A stretch of 64,000 nucleotides of DNA from Flaccisagitta enflata (taxonomy: Eukaryota), in assembly GCA_965153355.1 (NCBI GenBank), contig OZ231126.1:15376001-15440000 (forward strand), written 5' to 3'. Under the pieces are notes generated by a model. The model was not told where the DNA came from. It saw nothing but the letters and a program-made list of their open reading frames with translations, and made no database searches. Shown here piece after piece: positions 58,326-64,000 of the stretch. Every line of letters starts with the position of its first letter. Positions within the stretch are counted from its first letter, which is position 1. The translations under genes and the position numbers were made by a program.

Positions 58326-59713
58326 CGATAGACAGACAGGCAGACAGACAGACAGAGAGTAGTATTCAGGTAAAATTTTTCTCCTGTAAGTCTTCAATCA
58401 TGATGTATGCATTTGGATACCCAAGAAATGCATCCTTTGGTTTATTGCTTCAGTCTTTATGGGCTCTCAAAGCCTCTCATCACAGCCAATTCCGAACTTT
58501 CTGTCGAGATGACCAATATTTTAACCATTCTAGACATGCTCTGTTCTATACCAACAAAACATTCATTTCTTTATCATTTTCATGAATGAAGCGCCCTGTA
58601 GAAACTGTCATGACTATTTCAAACAAAAACTCAATAATAAAAAAAATGTAGCCTCAACTCACTTCACATTAATTCTCCTCGAAATGAACTGTATCGATTA
58701 TAACTGGCAGAAGCCACAATTGAGTTTTGATGAATTTCTTGTGTGTGTTTAGGCGTCGTGATTAAAGGCACGTATCGTGAGCGAGAAAAAAGCTAAATAA
58801 ATGAAAGTAAAAAAAGAAAAGAAAGTAAAGAAAAACAGAACAAACAATACCCGCCCACGCGGCCAACGTCTTCACGCAGCAAAACAATACAAGAGGTTAG
58901 CCGCCACTACGAGGGCTTCTTCCGTTGCTTTTCGTGAGACACGACTATTTCATGGGCCGAAACGATGAAAATCGCTTCATTATTACAAAAAGAAAACGTT
59001 TTTTTTCTATTCCTTAGAATTGATCAAAATCGAATCTAATAATTGTTCATCAGGTTTGCGGCAACCAATTCACTGTATTTTAACTCCTCCCCTAAATCAG
59101 CCTAATGACAGGATACTAGTCAGAAATAGCGTCATTCTACATTGAGTTCATTGATGATACCTGATTCTATAATTTGATTTCTTAAAAAGATGTTTATCCT
59201 TTCTTTTTTTTTTTCATTACGATGCGGATTCTGGCAACTTGTGAATGGGGAAGTTTTTAATTACTACAACTAGTAAAAGCAAAAGGAAAACAAGGGAACC
59301 ACAGAACATACAATATGTACGCGGGGTTTGTGATTGTATCGTTTCCAGATGCGCCCCAAAAAATGAAAGGAGCGCGAAATGGGATCGTTCGCCTCATTTC
59401 TTCTCGAAATCCACGCTTGATTAGAATAAGAAAGAATTCGGAAGTCCGCTTTCAAATCCCGGATTTTTTGTTTTTGTTTGTTTGTTTTTTTCAATTGTTG
59501 ATATTCTTCTAAAGAGCGCGAGGTGGTCAAGTTTTCTCAATGCTTTAGAGTCAATTATGAATTTCACCTGAATGCTGTCAGGGATTTCAAAAAGAAGAAG
59601 TAGCCCTCGAAGATTACAGAGAAAGAAAAGGAAAAGACGAAAATGGAGAAGAAGAAGAAGAAAAACAAGAAGAAGAAGAAGAATAAGAAGAAGAAGAAGA
59701 AGAAGAAGGAGAA

Positions 59714-59745
<32 letters not shown>

Positions 59746-60152
59746 AGAAGAAGATGAAGATGATGATGAAGAAGAAACTAGAAAAAGAAAAAAAAAAAAG
59801 AAAAAGAAAAAAAAGAAAAAAAAAAAAGAAAAAGAAAGAAAAAGAAAGGAATAAAAAGGAATGAAAAGGAAAGAGAGAAGAAAAACCAACAAAGAAAGAA
59901 ACGTAAAAAAAAAGTAAGACAGACGGAATAAACAAATCAAATGTCCTTGATGATTTCCGATTAAAGACAATGTGACAATTTTCGCGCGTCATCTAAGTCT
60001 TTATCTCAAATCCAAGACTTGGATAGTGAAGATCGAGTCATATCCCAAATTCCTAAAATCCAAATGACGTAGAGATACAAAAATGTTATTTGAGTAAATC
60101 ATTTGTGATCACGACACCTGACAAACTCTTTCTCTGTCTCTCTGTCTGTCTG

Positions 60153-60230
<78 letters not shown>

Positions 60231-60415
60231 AATCTTGCTTTCTCTCTCGCTTTCTCTCTCAATCTTGCTTTCTCTCTGCTCTGGATATCTGAGTCTTACA
60301 AAAAGGAAAGGATTCCAAGAGTCAAAAGAACAATCGGGTTAGAAAAAGAAGAAAAGATAATCTCAAGCTTTTCAGGCGATGGGGGAGAAAATTGTATCAA
60401 ATTGTCAAAAAAGTA

Positions 60416-60456
<41 letters not shown>

Positions 60457-61349
60457 GAGGAAAGAGGAAGGAAGGAGAAAAGTTGTGAATCTTCACACTG
60501 TGGCTGTATACATCTACGGTTCTTGGGATATACAGCATATACAGCATATACAGCTTCGTGGTTATAGATCAAGTTTTAGATGCGTCCTAGAAGAGGTCTA
60601 GTCTGTCCGCCGGTTGGTTGGTCTCTCTGTCATTCAAACCTTTTATTCACAAAATCAGAAGCTCCTTCATCAGAAATGCACCATTCTCTCATGCTTGAGA
60701 TCATTCATTCATTCATTCATTCATTCATTCATTCATTCATTTATTCATTCATTCATTCATTCATTCATTCATTCATTCATTTATTCATTCATTCATTCAT
60801 TTAGTCATTCATTCATTCATTCATTCATTCATTCATTCATTCATTCATTCATTCATTTATTCATTCATTCATTCATTCATTCATTCATTCATTCATTTAT
60901 TCATTCATTCATTCATTCATTCATTCATTCATTCATTTACTCATTCATTCATTCATTCATTTATTCTTTTATTCATTCATTCATTCATTCATTCATTCAT
61001 TCATTCATTCATTCATTTATTTATTCATTTATTCATTCATTCATTCATTTATTCATTCATTCATTTATTCATTCATCCATTTATTTATTCATTTATTCAT
61101 TCATTATTTCATTATTTCATTCATTATTTCATTTTTTCATTCATTCATTATCTAATTTTTTCATTCATTCATTATTTTTTTCATTCATTATTTCATTCAT
61201 TCATTCATTCACAGATGAGAATCGTTGGCCTACTTGGTCTTGTTTATTGAATCGGTAATTGTTACTGCGCAATGCATATTCGCGAAATACATTTACGAAA
61301 GTACACTCACGAAAGAACACTCCAACATGATTTCTTCTTGCTTTACCAA

Positions 61350-61675
61350 AACAAGGCCGGATACACGGCTTCCGAAGTCGCGTGCGGGGGGGCAGGGGCC
61401 ATATTTGAGGTCACCAGACATTTAGGCAGGAGCAGTGAGGTCAAAGAAATAAAATCATAAAAAAAGTAAAGTGCGACCGACCGACCGACCGACCGACCGA
61501 CCGACCGTCCGACCGACCGACCGACCGACCGACCGACCGACCGACCGACCGACCGACCGACCGACCGACCGACCGACCGACCGACCGACCGACCGACCGA
61601 CCGACCGACCGACCGACCGACCGACCGACCAACCGACCGACAAAGTAGGTTGTAGAGTCGCGTGCACGCGACTAA
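61350..61675 (-). mobile_element. HINE family 1 with near-perfect (GACC)n array of ~40 units
   Basis: aacaaggccggatacacggc...agtcgcgtgcggg...(gacc)n...agagtcgcgtgcacgcgactaaaa; another complete copy at 63649-63852(-). Confidence 0.9.
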
Positions 61676-62081
61676 AAACAAAATCGCGTGGTCGTAAAAC
61701 AATTACGTGTAAATGAGCGTGCGAACTGAGGTCCCGTGAGACCACCCTCCAACCAAATGGAGGATGAACTGAAAAGAACCGAAAAAAGGCAATTCTAATT
61801 GGAGAAGAATTCACACACATCTTTTATATCTACTGGGAGAAATCATGAAGGAAGGAAAAAAAAAAAAGAAAAGAAGAAGAAAGAAGATTAAGGAGAAAGG
61901 GAACAAGGAGAAGAAGAAGGAGACGAGGAAGAAGAAGAAGAAGAAGAAGAAGAAGAAGAAGAAGAAGAAGAAGAAGAAGAAGAAGAAGAAGAAGAAGAAG
62001 AAGAAGAAGAAGAGAAGAAGAAGAAGAAGAAGAAGAAGAAGAAGAAGAAGAAGAAGAAGAAGAAGAAGAAGAAGAAGAAGA

Positions 62082-63459
62082 CAGTTAGGGCCGTAGGCCT
62101 TAGGAGACCATGAGCGAGACCTCCTCCAGACCCATGGAACCATAATTATGGTTCCATAGTCACCAGACATCTTAAAAACACTCCCCTCCTCGAACTCTCC
62201 CATGGGTGGAGGAGGCAGAGGGCTTGAGGAGGGCTTGTGGAGGACTTTTGGAGGCCCTCTTTCTCCTCCATTGCTTGAGGCCTATATGAAAGCATCCCTC
62301 ATATTGACCATGAAATCATTGTGAAATATTTTAGGAGGTGTTAGGAGTAAGCATTTAGGCAGTGGAAACATGATTTTCTGCATCTGTCACGACTTTGAAA
62401 TCATGTTTTATCGCATGATTCTTAAGTGCCCAAATCATGATTTTTTTTAGATGATTCAATATAGAATTTCAATTGACAGATTAAAAACTTGACGTATTAT
62501 TTTCTTTATTCCTTTAGCACTGTTACATCATTATGTGTTTGTTAAAGCTGATACAAATATAGATAAGTTGATGTTGATTTTTTTCTTCTATAGATTCACT
62601 GTAAAATTCAGTAAAACTTTCATTGTAATTTTTTTTATCATTTTCTTGTAAGGAGACATATTTGTTCTTTTTTTTCTTGTTATACATTGTTATGATGATC
62701 AGATACTAATTCAAAAGTTCCTGAAATGATAAAATTTTGAATAGATAGTGTATTCACTAATAGTAATTGGAAAACAATTTTAACTGATTCGGCATTTAAG
62801 ATATGTAGCATCTATTCATTTTATATATATGTTTAAATTGTTCACCTTGGGAAGCAGATCTCCTATATTCACACACAGAAAGACAAACAGACAAACGGAC
62901 AGAAAAGGAAAAAAAATGAGTGATAAAGAAAGAAACTTAATCAGGAAAAAAGTCACAGACAGTTATTTACTTGCAAATATAAGAAAGCATTTCAGTGAGC
63001 ATAACTGGTCATCTGGTTAAGTAATTTTGAGTATCTTAGCTCATCTAGCTCATTTGGCTCAATTTTTTTTTCTGTTTTTCAGTGCAATCAATACATACAA
63101 TTGCTGATCTAACAAATAAAAAATATGCAGTGATTGGAAATAAAAGCTGGGTGAAAAGTGACCAATACTCACAACTTTTTCCCAAACAACAACACCTGCC
63201 ATTACTGTTATGTCATAATTGGGCAAAAAATATTAAGAAAGTTATTTCAATTCTATGCAAAAACAAATAAAAAGACGGTACAGATAATTTGATGGTCAAT
63301 GACACACATCAAAACATGTTTTAATAGAGCGCTTCCAAGCCTTATCCCAGGAGGGTCTCGGAGAGTCTCGGAGAGTTGGAGAGCTCTCCAGGCAGTCTCT
63401 GAGAGTCTCGGAGACTTGGAGAGCTCTCGGGGGTCTCCTAGAGCTCACGGCCCTCACTC
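62082..63459. mobile_element. TIR (probably hAT-like) element inserted in a (GAA)n tract
   Basis: Left cagttagggccgtaggccttaggagacc; right end reverse complement gagtgagggccgtgagctctaggagacc; (GAA)n on both flanks. Confidence 0.8.
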
Positions 63460-63852
63460 GAAGAAGAAGAAGAAGAAGAAGAAGAAGAAGAAGAAGAACA
63501 TAGGGGACTGACTAACCAACCGACCGACCAACCGACCAACCGACCGACATAGCGGGGTGTAGAGTTGCGTAGCACGCGACTAAAAACTGTCCAAAACAAG
63601 GTTAGAAACAAAGCTAGACATCAAGTGAGAAAGTCAGAGCTAAAAAAGAACAAGGTCGGATACACGGCTACCCCAGTCGCGTGCGGGTAGGCAGGGGCTG
63701 TATTTGAGGTCACTTGATCATTTGGGCAGGAGCAGGGAGGTCAAAGACCGCAAAAACCCGAAAAAAGTAAAGTGTGACGGACGGACCAACGGACGGACCG
63801 ACGGACCGACGGACCGCCAAAGCGGGGTGTAGAGTCGCGTAGCACGCGACTA

Positions 63853-64000
63853 ACTATGGCAAAAAAAACAACCGAACAACTTTTGAGAGCGCAAAAAAGT
63901 ATGAAGATGTTGACCAATTTGCATAAAATTTACAGTGAATGATAACCATGATATGGACTATGTCTGGTTATTTCATCAAAATTCGTTGAAAACTTTAGCC
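63853..64000. mobile_element. Second copy of the ACTATGG TIR element, cut by the window edge
   Basis: Nearly identical to 24848-24998; inserted at the TA at the end of a HINE. Confidence 0.88.

Overview
Eukaryotic (invertebrate animal-like) genomic DNA, very rich in repeats and microsatellites, with two 10-N gaps (15630-15639, 37539-37548). The left 15 kb holds two minus-strand spliced genes. (1) The 5' six coding exons of a collagen prolyl 4-hydroxylase alpha subunit, which runs off the left edge. (2) A gene the ORF track shows only in fragments: five phase-compatible exons (14055-5567) splice into a ~280-aa protein with a compact, divergent SGNH/GDSL-hydrolase-like domain and a Q/N/A-rich hexapeptide-repeat tail. 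This is the best candidate for an undescribed system. The remaining ~48 kb has no convincing host coding exons. It is mostly one ~21-kb block present twice in direct orientation (15640-36696 vs 40725-61231), probably an uncollapsed allelic haplotype. The two copies differ by insertions of Helentron-type non-autonomous elements (HINE/DINE-1-like, at least four families), TA-flanked MITEs and a nested hAT-like element. All calls were made by eye and manual translation; no database search was run.
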